Positions 26,733-40,500 of a stretch of DNA of 64,000 nt are shown here, one piece after another. Source of the stretch: the human T2T-CHM13v2.0 reference genome, Homo sapiens. Positions within the stretch are counted from its first letter, which is position 1; every line of letters starts with the position of its first letter. The stretch is taken from the NCBI RefSeq assembly GCF_009914755.1, contig NC_060947.1; one strand, given 5' to 3'. The notes below the pieces were generated by a model. It did no database searches, was not told the DNA's origin, and saw nothing but the letters and a program-made list of their open reading frames with translations. The translations under genes and the position numbers were made by a program.

Positions 26733-26965
26733 CCCTGTATCTTTAACCTCCTTGTTAAGTTTGTCTCTTCCAGAATTGAAACTGTAAAACTACAAATGGT
26801 TCTTCAAATGGAGCCCCAGATGCAGTCCATGACTAAGACCCACCGCGGATCCCTGGACCAGCCTGCTAGCCCATGCTCCAGTGTTAATGGCATCGAAGGC
26901 ACCCCTCCCGAGGAAATCTCAACTGCACAACCCCTACTATGCCCCAATTCAGCAGGAAGCAGTTA
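26733..26965 (+). pseudogene. env: HERV-W env remnant (cytoplasmic tail of TM only)
   Basis: 'ccctgtatctttaacctccttgttaagtttgtctcttccagaattgaa...' translates as PCIFNLLVKFVSSRIETVKLQMVLQMEPQMQSMTK, ending 'gcaggaagcagttag'. Confidence 0.88.
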
Positions 26966-27024
26966 GAGCAGTCATCAGCCAACTTCCCCAACAGCACTTG
27001 GGTTTTCCTGTTGAGAGGGGGTAC

Positions 27025-27349
27025 TGAGAGACAGGACTAGCTGGATTTCCTAGGCCAACTAAGAATCCCTAAGCCTAGCTGGGAAGGTGACCACACCCAC
27101 CTTTAAACATGGGGCTTGCAACTTAGCTCACACCCAACCAATCAGAGAGCTCACTAAAATGCTAATTAGGCAAAAACAGGAGGTAAAGAAATAGCCAATC
27201 ATCTATTGCCTGAGAGCACAGCTGGAGGGACAAGGATCGGGATATAAACCCAGGCATTCTGGCCAGCAACAGCAACCCCCTTTGGGTCCCCTCCCTTTGT
27301 ATGGGAGCTCTGTTTTCACTCTATTTCACTCTATTAAATCTTGCAACTG
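27025..27349 (+). promoter_or_regulatory. Truncated 3' LTR17 (U3-R) with CCAAT boxes, TATA and poly(A) signal
   Basis: PPT 'gagaggggg' 27013-27021, CCAAT 27138 and 27195, TATAAA 27243, ATTAAA 27333. Confidence 0.9.
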
Positions 27350-27684
27350 AAAAAAAAAATGCAAGGTGAGAAAATAGGTACATTGCACACAAATATTTGT
27401 GTAATAAAAAGGTGGGATAAGAATATGATATATAATCATATTTATTTGTATTTGCATACAGAAAAACTGAAAAGAGATATTAAAAACAAAATCATTTACC
27501 ACCTATGAGGTAGGTACGGGATTTATGGAAATCAATGGACAGAGACATAAACAGAAAAGTTGTAATTCAAAGAAGACAATACAACCTAATCACTGAGGAT
27601 ATTTAAAGGTTGGATTGCACATATGCATTTGTGATTTTTGAAAAAGTAACTTATCAATCCTTTATAAAACACCCATAAAAATCA

Positions 27685-28020
<336 letters not shown>

Positions 28021-28604
28021 TTAAACTGCTGAATTACAGTCAAGTTAATCTACCAGCTTAACAATAAGTGCTTACAGTATTTAACTGCTTTAGAAAAAAG
28101 TCTGACCAAAAAAATAACTTTGTATTTGAAAGTGTTGGGGTTTTTTGCTTGGAAGGACTTATTTCCCAAACTGGAAATTGTTCCAAAGATATATTACCAA
28201 GACAAGAAGATAGTAAATAAAACAAAGAAAATCCAAAAAGTGAGACTAAAAAAAATGTCATGGCAAATTTGCCATCAATTTTACAACTGGTCACTGGTGA
28301 GTAGAATAAACATACTTTTTATAATTTTAACGTGTTGCAAACATGACATACTATTTATTCACACCTTCAGCCATTTGAACCTTAGTGATCTCATTTTACA
28401 GATCAGCCAGAGAAGAGTCTCATGTTGTGTTTATCCTGGACATTAGAGCAGAAGATATCATTTAACACAACTGCCACATTTTCCCTTGCAGAGAAATTTG
28501 GATTTGAGTGTGACTGTAGATATGACAAAGACTGGGACTTACACCTATGCACCTGCAACTTACCACTGAAATATATGGCAAATCATAACACCAACTCTAG
28601 TTTA

Positions 28605-28968
<364 letters not shown>

Positions 28969-30259
28969 TAATTTTGTTTTCATTTGGGTACAAATCCAAA
29001 CAAAACACCTCACTAGTCTTTGATATGAAGTGGAGTTCTGGTAATTCTTGAAACATCTGGATAACTATTATGTGTCATTATCTGTGCATCATCTGTGCTT
29101 GGGAGCTTGTTTAGTAATGTCAGTCTTATTAGTGGAATAACTGGTTTCATTATACAGCTAGATGAATAAAGTGAACAGATATTATCATTTTTAAATTAAA
29201 TAATGTATCTCTGTTGGGTCAATTTGAGTAGATTACTTTAACTGGAGAGAAGTGGTGTGCTATTCTTTTTGACTTTTTTGCCTGTCCTTCATTGATGATT
29301 GGCTTGAAGATCAGACAATGCACCAGTATTTTCAGTGCAAACTCCTCTGCTAACTGCTTAAACTGAGATTTGTTTTCTTTTCTTCTCGTCCTATAGTCTT
29401 TGCACTTCTTGTTAGTTAAGCCATTTTGTCACTGAGCACTTTAAAGATGTGCCTTGTTCTAATCAGAAAATTGCATAAATAGGACAGGTATCATAGGTGC
29501 TCAATATATGTTTGTTGAGTTCAGTTAAACTTATTACAAATGATGATTTACACATCAGGTAGAAGAAACTCTAAACCTTGATAATTATTGTTTTTGCTAA
29601 TAGACTCAATAGACTATGAGCGCCAAAGATAAACTTCAATTCATTCACTTTTTTAAGGTGCATGACTACAAACCCTACGCAGAAACTCTACAGGATAGGA
29701 CCCTAGAAAACAATACTGAATCTGGCACTGGTAAAAAGACAAGTAGCGAATAAAAATAAAACAATGACAACACAAAACCATTAGCAGGAAAATAAACAGG
29801 TAAGTCATCTACCAAGAGTGGAGGAGCAAGAAGTTGGCATAATTTGAAGATAGAAGGGATGGTTTGAAATTATGCTGTGGGCAAAAAGTAAAATAATTCC
29901 AGCATCATACATTAAAAAGCATTTTTATGAACATTTGAGAAGATCAGGTCTTCTAAAAGTCAGTGCCTTGAAAGAAGAAGGTGGAGACAGTCTAACATAG
30001 TAAAATATCCTAAAGAATCATAATAATCAATGAAATGAACTAAAACAAAATATGACAAGTGAGACCTAATTAAACTAAAGAGCTTCTGCACAGCAAAATA
30101 AAGTATCAACAGAGTCTACCAACAGAAAACCTACATAATAGAATAAGATATTTGGAAACTATGCATTTGAAAAAGGTCTAATATCCAGAATCTATAAGAA
30201 ACTTAACCAATTCAACAAGCAAACGCAAACATCCCCTTTAAAATGACCAGAATAAATGA

Positions 30260-30581
<322 letters not shown>

Positions 30582-32184
30582 GAGCCCTTGATTTTTATGA
30601 TCATTAACAAACCCCTTGATAATGCTTAGTGATGTTAAAAATCATGAATCATCAGAAAAATTCACATCAAAACTGCAATCTGATACTTTCTTCACACCAG
30701 TCACAATGAGTACTATTATTTTCTAATTTTTTGTTTCAATATCTTTGGGTGTACATGTGGTTTTCATTATACGAGGGAATTGTACAGTGGTGATGTCCAA
30801 AATTTTAGTGCACCCAACACCCAAGTAGTGTACAGTCTACCCAATGTATAGTTTCTTATACTCCACCCCCTCCCAACTTCACTTCTTCTGAGTCTCTTAC
30901 ATTTATTATACCACTCTGCAAGCCTTTTTGTACCCAGAGAGCTTACTTACCTCCTACTTGTGAGAACATGTAACATTTGGTTTCACCTTTTTAGTTACTT
31001 CACTTAGAATAATGGTTTAAAGCTACTTCCAATTTGCTATAAAAGACATTATTTTGTTCCTTTTTATGGTTGAGTAGTATTCCATGGTGTATGCATACCC
31101 TATATTCTTTATTCCCCCATCCATTGATAGGCACGTAGGTTGGATTCATATCTTCGCAATTGTAAATTGTGCTGTGATAAACATACATATGCAGGGGTCT
31201 TTTTTATATAATGACTTATTTTCCTTTAGGTAGATACCCACCAGTGGGATTGCTGGATCGAATGGTAGGTCTAATTTTAGTTCTTTGAGAAATCCCTGGT
31301 GCTGTTTTGCATAGAGTTTATACTTATTTACATTTACACCAGCAGTGTTTAAGTTTTCCCTTTTCACTCCATCCACACCAACACCTATTGTTTTTTGACT
31401 GTTTAATCATGGTCTTTTAATTCTCACTGGGTTAAGGTGATATCTCACTGTGATTTTAATTTGCATTTCCCTGATGATTAGTGATATTCTTCTTTGGAGA
31501 AATGTGTATTTGTGTTATTTGCCCACTGTTTGATAGAATCATTTTTTTCTTGCTTATTTGTTTGGGTTTCTTGTAGACTCCTGACATTAGTTCTTTGCCA
31601 GATGCATAGTTTGCAAATATTTTCTTCCATTCTGTGGGCTGTCTGTTTACTATGACGACTATTTCTTTTGCTGTACAGAAGATTTTTAATTAGGTGCCAT
31701 GTATTTTTCTTTTTGTTGCATTTGCTTTTGGATTTTTAGTTATAAATTATTTGCCTAGGCCAACGTACAAAAGTGTTTTTCTAGTTTCTCTTCTAAAATT
31801 GTTATTGTTTTGTGCCTTAGATTTAAGTCTTTCATTCATCTTGAGTTGATTTTTGTAGACCGTAAGGGATTGGAATTCAGTCTTATTCTTCTGCATGTGG
31901 CTATCCAGTTTTCCCAGCACCATTTATTGAATAGCATGTCCTTTCTCCAATATATATTTTTGTCTGCTTTGTTAAAGATGAGTTGGTTGTAAGTATTTGG
32001 CTTTATTTCTGAGTTGTCTCTTCTATTACATTGGTCTATATATCTACATTTATGCCAGTACAATGCTGTTTTGGATATGCTAGCTTTGTAGTATAATTTG
32101 AAGTTGGGTCATGTGATGCTTTCAGATTTGTACTTTTTGCTTAGGATTGCTTTGGCTATTCAGGCTTTTTTGTTTGTTTCATAC

Positions 32185-32553
32185 TATATTAGTCCTTTCT
32201 CACACAGCTGTAAAGAAATGCCTGAAACTAAAAAAAGAGGTTTAATTGGCTTATAGTTCTGCAGGCTGTTCAGGCTTCTGCTTTGGGGGAGGACTCAGGA
32301 AACTACAATAATGGCAGAAGGTGAAGGGGAATCCTGGACATCTTCACATGGCCACTAGGAGAGACAGCAAAGGGGGAAGTGCTACACTCTTTCAAGCAAC
32401 CAAATCTTGTGAGAATTCATTCACTATCACAAAAACAGCAAGGGAAAAATCTGCCTCCATGATCCAATCACCTCTCACCAGGTCCCTCCCCCAACACTGG
32501 GGATTACAAGGCAACATGAGATTTGGGTGGGGCCACAGAGCCAAACCATATTA
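32185..32553 (-). mobile_element. MSTA-like MaLR solo LTR inside L1PB ORF2
   Basis: 'tattagtcctttctcacacagctgtaaagaaatgcctga...gagatttgggtggggccacagagccaaaccatatta'. Confidence 0.88.
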
Positions 32554-35282
32554 TAGAATTTTTGAAATGTTTTTTTGAATTCCATAAAAAATGATATTGG
32601 TGTTTTGATAGGAATTGCATTGATTCTATGGATTGCTTTGGTCAGTATGCTCATTTTGACAATATTGATCCTTCCAATTAATAAGCATGGGATGTATTTC
32701 TATTTGTTCATGTCATCTTTATTTCTATTTGCTTGTGTCATCTATGATTTCTTTCTGCAGTATTTTGTAGTTCTCCATGTAGAGATCTTTCACCTCCTTA
32801 GTTAAGTATATTTCTAGTTATCTTATTTTTCTTACAGCTATTGTAAAAGGGACTGAGCTCTTGATTTGATTCTCAGCTTGGACATTGTTGAGGTATAGCA
32901 GTGCATTTTGTACACATCGATTTTATAACCTGAGACTTTACTGAATTGATTTATCAAATCTAGGCATCTTTTGGTTGAGGATTTAGGGTTTTCTAGGTAT
33001 ATAATCATACCATCAGCAAACAGAGATAGTTTAACTTTCTTTTTCCAATATGAATGCCCTTCATTTCTTTCTCTTACCTGGTTGCTTTGCCTAGGACTTC
33101 CAGTTCTTTGTTGAATACAAGTAATAAAAGTGAGCATTGTAGTCTTTTTCCAGTTCTTAGGGCTAATGCTTTCAACATTTTCCTATTTGGATTTGGTATG
33201 ATGTTGGCTGTGTGTTTGTCATAATGGCTTCCAGTATTTTGAGGAATGTCCTTTCTGTGTCTACCTTGTTGAAGGTTTTTACTATAAAGGGATGCTGGAT
33301 TTTATTGAATGCTTTTCCTGCATCTATTGAGATAATCATATGGCTTTAGTTTATAATTCTGTTAATGTAATGTTGACATTTATTGAATTGCATATGTTGA
33401 ACCATCCCTGCTTCCCTGGAATAAAACCCACTTAATCATGGTGAATTATCTGATGTGCTGTTGGATTTGGTTTGCCAGTATTTGTTTGGGTTTTTGTTTT
33501 TGTTTTTGTTTTCCATCTCTATTCATCAGAGATATTGGTCTGTAGTTCCTTTGTTTGTTTGTTTGTTATGTCCTTTCCTTGTTTTGGTATTAGAGTAATA
33601 CTGGTTTTTATAATAAATTAGAAACCATTCCCTCTTTCTCTATCTTTTGGAATAGATTCAGCAGAATTGGTACCAATTCTTCTTTAAATGTCTGATAGAA
33701 TATCTGCTGTGCATCTTTCTGGCCTTGGGTTTTATTTTGTTGACTTTTTTTTTATTACTGGTTGAATTTTACTGTTTTTTATTGTTCTGTCCCAGATTGC
33801 TATTTAATCCTGATTCAGGCTTCAGGGGTTCTGTGTGTTTCCAGGAATTCATTCATTTTCTCTGAATTTTTTAGTTTGTGTGCATAGAGCTGTTCATAGT
33901 AGTCTCAAATAATCTTTTGTATTTTAGTGGTATCAGTTATAATGTCTCCATTTTAATCTCTAATTGAATTAATTTTAATCTTCTCCCTTCTTTTCTTGGT
34001 TAATTTAGCTAATGATCTATTGATTTTATTTATATTTTCAAAGAACCCACTTTTTGTTTCATTGCTCTTTTATGTTTTTTGTTTCAATTTGATTTACTTC
34101 TGTTGCGATTTCTATTATTTCTTCCTCTGCTAGCACAAGGTTTAGTTTGTTCTTGTTTTTCTAATTCTTGAGGTGTGATGTTAGGCTATCAATGTGAGCT
34201 ATTTCAGACTTTTTGATGTAGGCATTCAGTGCTATACATTTTCCTCGTAGTGCTAATTTTCCTGTGTCCCAGAGATTTTTATAACTTGTATCACTGTTAT
34301 CATCCACTTTGAAATTTTTAAAAATTTCCATCTTGATTTTATGATTAACTCAAAAATTATTTAGGAGAAGATTCCTTAATTTCCATGTATTTGTGTCACT
34401 TTGAAGAATCCTTTTGAAATTGATTTTTAGTTTTATTTCACTTTGGTCTAAGAATATACTTGATATAATTTTGATTTTTAAAAATACATTGAGACTGTTG
34501 TTGCCTATTATAAGGTCTATCCTGAAGAATGTTCCATGAGCTGATGAGAAGAATGTATATGCTGCAGTTATTCAGTGGAATGTTCTGTAAATGTACTTTA
34601 GGCTCATTTTTTTCTAGAGTGCAGTTTAAGTCTAGTATTTCTTTATTGACTTTTGGCCTCAGTGATCTGTCTAGTGCTGTCAATGGACCGTTAAAGTCCC
34701 CCCCATTATTGTTTTGCTTTCCATATCCTTTATTATGTCTAGTCATAATTGTTTTATGAATCTGGGAGCTTTAGAATTGGGTCCATTTATATATAAATTG
34801 TAATATCTTCTTGTCATATTAATACTCTTATTGTTTGATGACGTTCTTTGTCTTCTTTTTTTAACTATAGCTACTCCTACTTACTTTTGGTTTCTATTTG
34901 CACGGAATATCTTTTTTCCTTGGTACAGTGCTAGGTGAGTGAACTAGAGACAGACAATATTTGGTTTGTAATTTATTTTTATTAATTCTGCCAATCTGCA
35001 TCTTTTAAGTGCAGCATTTTGACCATTTACATTCAATATAAATATTGAGATATGAGGTACTGTTCCAATCATCATGTTGATTGTTATCTAAAATTTTATT
35101 TTTCTTCATTATGTTATTGTTTTAAAAATTCTGTGAGCTTTATGCTTTCAAGAAGTTCTATTCTGGTGCATATTACCCTTTTGTTTTAAGCTTTAGAACT
35201 TTCAGTATTTCTTGTAGTGCTCGTCTGTCAGTGACAAATTCCCTCAGCATTTGCTTGTCTGAAAAATATTTTATTTCACCTT

Positions 35283-37592
35283 TGATATGGTTTGGCTGTG
35301 TCCCCACCCAAATCTCATCTTGAAGTTTAACTCCCCCAATTCCCACATGTTGTGGGAGGAACCCGGTGGAAGCTGATTGGATCATGGGGGTGGGCCTCTC
35401 CTGTGCAGTTCTTGTGATAGTAAATAAGTCTCATGAGACCTGATGATGGTTTTAAAAATGGGAGTTTCCCTGCAGAAACTCTCTCTCTTTGCCTGCAACC
35501 ATCCATGTAAGATGTGAGTTGCTCATTCTTGCTTTCTGCCATGATTGTGAGGCCTCCCCAGCAATGTGGAACCACAAGTCCATTAAACCGCTTTTACTTT
35601 TCAGTCTTTGGTATGTCTTCATCAGGAGTTTTAAAATGGACTAACATAGAAACTGGTACCAGTAGAGTGGGGCACTGCTGAAAAGATACCCAAAAAATGT
35701 GGAAGCAACTTTGGAACTGGGTAACAGGCAGAGGTTGGAACAGTTTGGAGGGCTCAGAAGAAGACAGGAAAATGTGGAAAAGTTTAGAACTCTCTAGAGA
35801 CTTGTTGAATAACTTTGACCAAAATGCTGATAATTATATGGATAATGAAATCCAGGATGAGGTGGTCTCAGATGGAGATGAGAAACTTGTTGGGAACTAA
35901 AGCGAAGGTGATCCTTGTTATGTTTTAGCAAAGGGACTGGAAGCACTTTGCTCCTGACCTAGAGATTTGTAAAACTTTGAACTTGAGAGAGATGATTTAG
36001 AGTATTTGGGAGAAGAAATTTTTAAGCAGCAAAACTTTCAAGAGGTGACTTGGGTGCTGTTGAAGGCATTCCGTTTTATAAGGGAAGGAAAGCATAAAAG
36101 TTCAAAAAAATTGCAGACTGAAAATGCAATAGAAAAGAAAATCCCATTTTCTGAGGAGAAATTCAAGGTGGCTGCAGAAATTTCCATAAGTAACGAGGAT
36201 CCAAATGTTAATCCCCAAGACAATGGGGAAAATGTCTCCAGGGCATGTCAGAGGTCTTCACAGCACACTGTCCCATTACAGGCCCAAGAGGCCCAGGAGG
36301 AAAAGTGGTTTTGTGGGCCAGGCCCAGGGTCCCCATTCTGTGTGCTGCTTAGGGACTTGTTGCCCTGCATCCCAGCCATTCCAGCCATGGCTAAAAGGGG
36401 CAAACATAGAGCTCAGGCCATGGCTTCAGAGGGTGAAAGCACTAAGCCTTGGCAACTTGCACATGGTGTTGAGCCTGTAAGTACACAGAAGTCAAGAATT
36501 GGGGTTTAGGAACCTCTACCTAGTTTTTGGAGGATGTATGGAAATGCCTGGATACCCAGGCAAAAGTTTGCTACAGGGGTAGGGCCTGCATGGAGAACCT
36601 CTACTAGGGCAGTGCAGAAGGGAAATGTGGGGTTGGGGCCCCCACATAGAGTCCCTACTGGGACACCATCAAATGGAGCTGTGAGAAGCAGGCCACTGTC
36701 CTCCAGACCCCAGAATGGTATATCCACTGACAGCTGTCACTGTACTCCTAGAAAGGCCACAGACAATCCACACCAGCCCATGAAAGCAGCAGGGAGGGAG
36801 GTTGTATCCTGAAAAGCCACAGGGCTGGAGCTGCCCAAAACCATGGGAACCTATCTTTTGCATCAGTATGGCCTGGATAAGAGACATGGAGTCAAAGGAG
36901 ATCACTTTGGAGCTTTAAGATTTGACTACCCTTCTGGATATTGGACTTTCATGTAGCCAGTAGCCCCTCTGTTTTGGAGAATTTTTCCCATTTGCAATGG
37001 CTGTATTTACTCAATACCTGTATGCCCATTGTATCTAGGAAGTAACTAGCTTGTTTTTGATTTTACAAGCTCATAGGCAGAATGGACTTGACTTGTCTCA
37101 GATGAGATTTTGGACTATGGACTTTTGAGTTAATGCTGAAATGCATTAAGGCTTTGGGGGACTGTTAGGAAAGCATGATTGGTTTTAAAATGTGAGGACA
37201 TGAGATTTTGAGTGGCCAGGGAAAGAATGATATGGTTTGGGTGTGTCCCCACCCAAATCTCATTTTGAATTGTAACTCCCACAATTCCCATGTGTCATGG
37301 GAGGAACCTGGTGGAAGGTAATTGAATTATGGGAGTGGGCCTTTCCTATGCTGTTCTCAGGATAGTGAATAAATCCCATGAGCTCTGATAGTTTTATAAA
37401 CAGGAGTTTCCCTCTGCACAAAGTCTTCCTCTTTGCCTGCCACCATCTGTGAAAGATGTGACTTGCTCATCCTTGCCTTCCACCATTGTTTTGAGGCCTC
37501 TCCTGTCATGTGGAACTGTAAGTCCATTAAACCTCTTTTTCTTCCCAGTCTTGGGTATGTCTTTATCAGCAGCATGAAAATGGACAAATACA
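35283..37592 (+). mobile_element. Complete THE1 (THE1B-like) MaLR element: LTR 35283-35648, internal 35649-37227, LTR 37228-37592
   Basis: Two ~365-bp direct LTRs starting 'tgatatggtttgg' and ending 'ggac(t/a)aa(cata/taca)'. Internal region has THE1-int ORF remnants (35697-35900, 36006-36509). Inserted in L1PB ORF1. Confidence 0.95.
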
Positions 37593-40500
37593 ATTTTCAT
37601 TTATGAAACTTAGTTTTGCTGGGTACAAAATTCATGGCTGACAGGTTTTTTTTTTTCTTTTTTTTGTATAAAGTGGCTAAAGGTAGGACCCCAATATCTT
37701 TTGGCTTGTAAGATTTCTGCTGAGATGTCTGTTATTAGTCTGTAGTTTTCCTTTATAGGTTACTTAATAATTTTGTCTCATTGCTCTTACAATTCCATCA
37801 TTCAATTTGACTTTAGATAGCCTGATGACTATATGCCTTGGTGATGTCTTCTTTGCAATAATTCTCCCAAGAATTATTTGAGCTTCTTGTATTTGGATGT
37901 TTAAATCTCTAACAATGCTAGGGTAGTTTACAACTATTCTCTCAAATAAATTTTACAAACTTTTTGCATTTTCTTCTACCTCAGTAGCATCAGTTATTCT
38001 TATATTTGGCCATTTCATATATTTTCATATTTCTTGGAAAATTTATTTCTTTTAATTTTTTGTTTCATTATTATTGGCTGACTGGGTAAATTCAAAGCCT
38101 AGTCTTTGAGGCCTGAAATTCTTTCTTCTATTTGGTTTAGTCTATTGTTAGAACTTTTCACTGCATTTTATAATTTTCTAAATATGTCTTTTAACTGCAT
38201 TAGTTATGATTGGTTTTCCTTTAAAATACCTATCTCCTTAGAAAATTTTTCACCCATATTCTGAATTATTTTCCTTAATTTATTTATGTTCATTTTCACC
38301 TCTCTCTTGTGTCTTTCTGAGTAGCTTAATAATCAACATTTTGAATTATTTATCTGGTATTTCAAATATTTTATCTTTGTTTTGATCAATTGCTGAAGAG
38401 CTAGTGTGATCTTTGGCAGCTGTTATAAAACCTTGTTTTGTCATATTGCCAAAATTATTTTTCTGTTTCTATCTTATTTGGGCAGTGCATTTCTTCTAAA
38501 TATTTTTAGTTTATTTTTTATTTGACCGTGATTTTTTATTATTTCCTCTTGAGATGCAACTTTAATGTTTATAGTTTATTGTAAGCTAATTTGGTTCTGT
38601 GTGCTTTCACGGGTAAAGACTGTATGAGTTCCTTGGTTATATAGAGTCTTTGCATGGTGACATTCTCAGATGCTGTGTGCACTTACTTATCTACTTTTTC
38701 CCCAGTGGCCTGAAGTCTGAACTGTCCAACATAGTAAATAAAACATTGGGGGGAAATAAATAAATAAGTACACACCACTGGGGTATAAGATAAGCTTCAA
38801 GAAATTTCTGCAGCTCCAACCACACAGGAGAGAGTGAGCTTGCACACAAATCAGTTCAGACTTCAGACCAGTGGGGTGGTTGTCCACAAGTATGAAGCAG
38901 TTGTGGCTAAAGCAAGTTTGTGAATGCAATACACAATAGTGGGCAGAGGTTCAAGCCTTAACAGAAGTGGCTGGGGGAGCTCTCCCTGAAATGCACTGAG
39001 GTCTTATCAGAGGGAAGGGAAGAAGCCACCTCAGCTTGCACGACAGGCAAGCAGGAAAGGAATCCACCTTCCAGTCACACTCCCAACCCATCATTCCAGC
39101 AACTCAGGGCAGACCGGCCCCGGTTTTCATTTGCAGGAATGCTGATGTTTCATATAGAAAGGTATTGTGAATCTACTCTTCATTTAAGCCTGAACCTGAA
39201 GGGCACTTCTCCTATGGAGATGCGGTCACCCTGATGTGTTTTTAAAAGTCTGTCTAGAGGTGCACCCATGTCTATCCCTGAGGAAAGAAGTCCCATCTTT
39301 GTCTTCAGTGATGGATGAGAGGAAAAATAAGTACCCTTATACAATGTACTTCATGAACACCAGGACTGCCTGACTATTAGGGTGGAGCCAGAATTTCCCC
39401 ACTTAACCCAGCACTGTACCTATGCCTCTGCTGAAAGAAACGACCCACATGTGGAATGTTCTGGGACTCAAGTCCTGCCATCTGGATAATTTTGTCCCAT
39501 GGAATACTTCCTTGATGTGGTGCACACTCCTTCCCTCAGGTTTAATAATCCCTTAGGGACAGACTACTATGAATGCTAGCGCCCCTCTAAGTCTAGCCAC
39601 CAAGTGAGGTTGCTACACTTCAGGCTGGTGCTGTGGAATGTCTGCAAGTGGTCCAGTGATGTTAATTGTCCTCTACATTCCCAGCAGTGGCTACCAGTAC
39701 CAGCTCTGATTGGGGTGACAGCGGAGTGACACAGACTGTGAGATTTCTTGGTTATAAATAGCCTTAGTGCATTGGCTTTCTCAAATACCAGTTGTAGTAA
39801 TAATGAACTTGTCACAAAAAATGAGGACCTCATGGTTATCCCGGGTGATGCAGGCAATTCAGATAGCTAAGATCAGACACATGTGTTCTCTTTCCTGTAC
39901 CCTGTTATTGTGCCTGTATATGTTGTAATGGACACTTGGCAATGCAGGACTCAAACTTACAGCATTCAACTGGTAGCAGCTCACTACATTCTAGAAAGTC
40001 TTGCTCAGAACTGTAAACTGCCCCAGGCCATAGCCTTCTCAGTGGGGAGAGCAACTCTGGCTTTCTGGCCACACCCCTCCCAATCTGTGCATGAAGCAGG
40101 GTCACCCAGTTTCTGCACCTGTTTCTGCAGCACACTTCCCACTCACCTCTCAGTTCTATCCAAGGGAGTTTATCCCCAGTCAAGATTATATTACTAATCT
40201 CAGGTGGGAGCTTCTGTCAACCTGTAACTGCCATTTGAGTTAGGCTGCAGATTTCTACAAGGTCCCTTGTGAGGTAGAATCAGAAATGGCTTCCCTCTGT
40301 CTCTGCTGGAGTCTGGGAATGTACACAAAGCATGTCCTGATGCCAGTTCTTCTCATATACTCCCCACCACTCATTAAATCAGTTCCAGTGCTGAGTAAGG
40401 TTTAAGGCCTTCCCCTGTAGCCAGGATTGCCAGGTTACCTGGTGGGAGTGTGTATCCTGAGGCAGTTTATCCCCCTTTCACACTCTGAGGACTTACAGTT

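Larger units (their letters stand above)
20144..27353 (+). mobile_element. HERV-W (HERV17/LTR17) processed pseudogene: R-U5, leader, gag, pro, pol (IN deleted), env tail, U3-R, polyA
   Basis: Starts in R with no U3 and ends at the R poly(A) site with no U5. A-tail 27350-27359. TSD aaaaaatgc at 20135-20143 and 27354-27362. The R sequence is repeated at both ends. U3 starts 'tgagagacaggactagctggatttcctaggcc', typical of LTR17. Confidence 0.95.

Noticed and set aside
20144-27353. ERVW-1 (syncytin-1) or the env-bearing Xq22.3 HERV-W locus
   Set aside because: env is almost entirely deleted, the LTRs are truncated, and the LQMV 12-mer absent from syncytin-1 is present.
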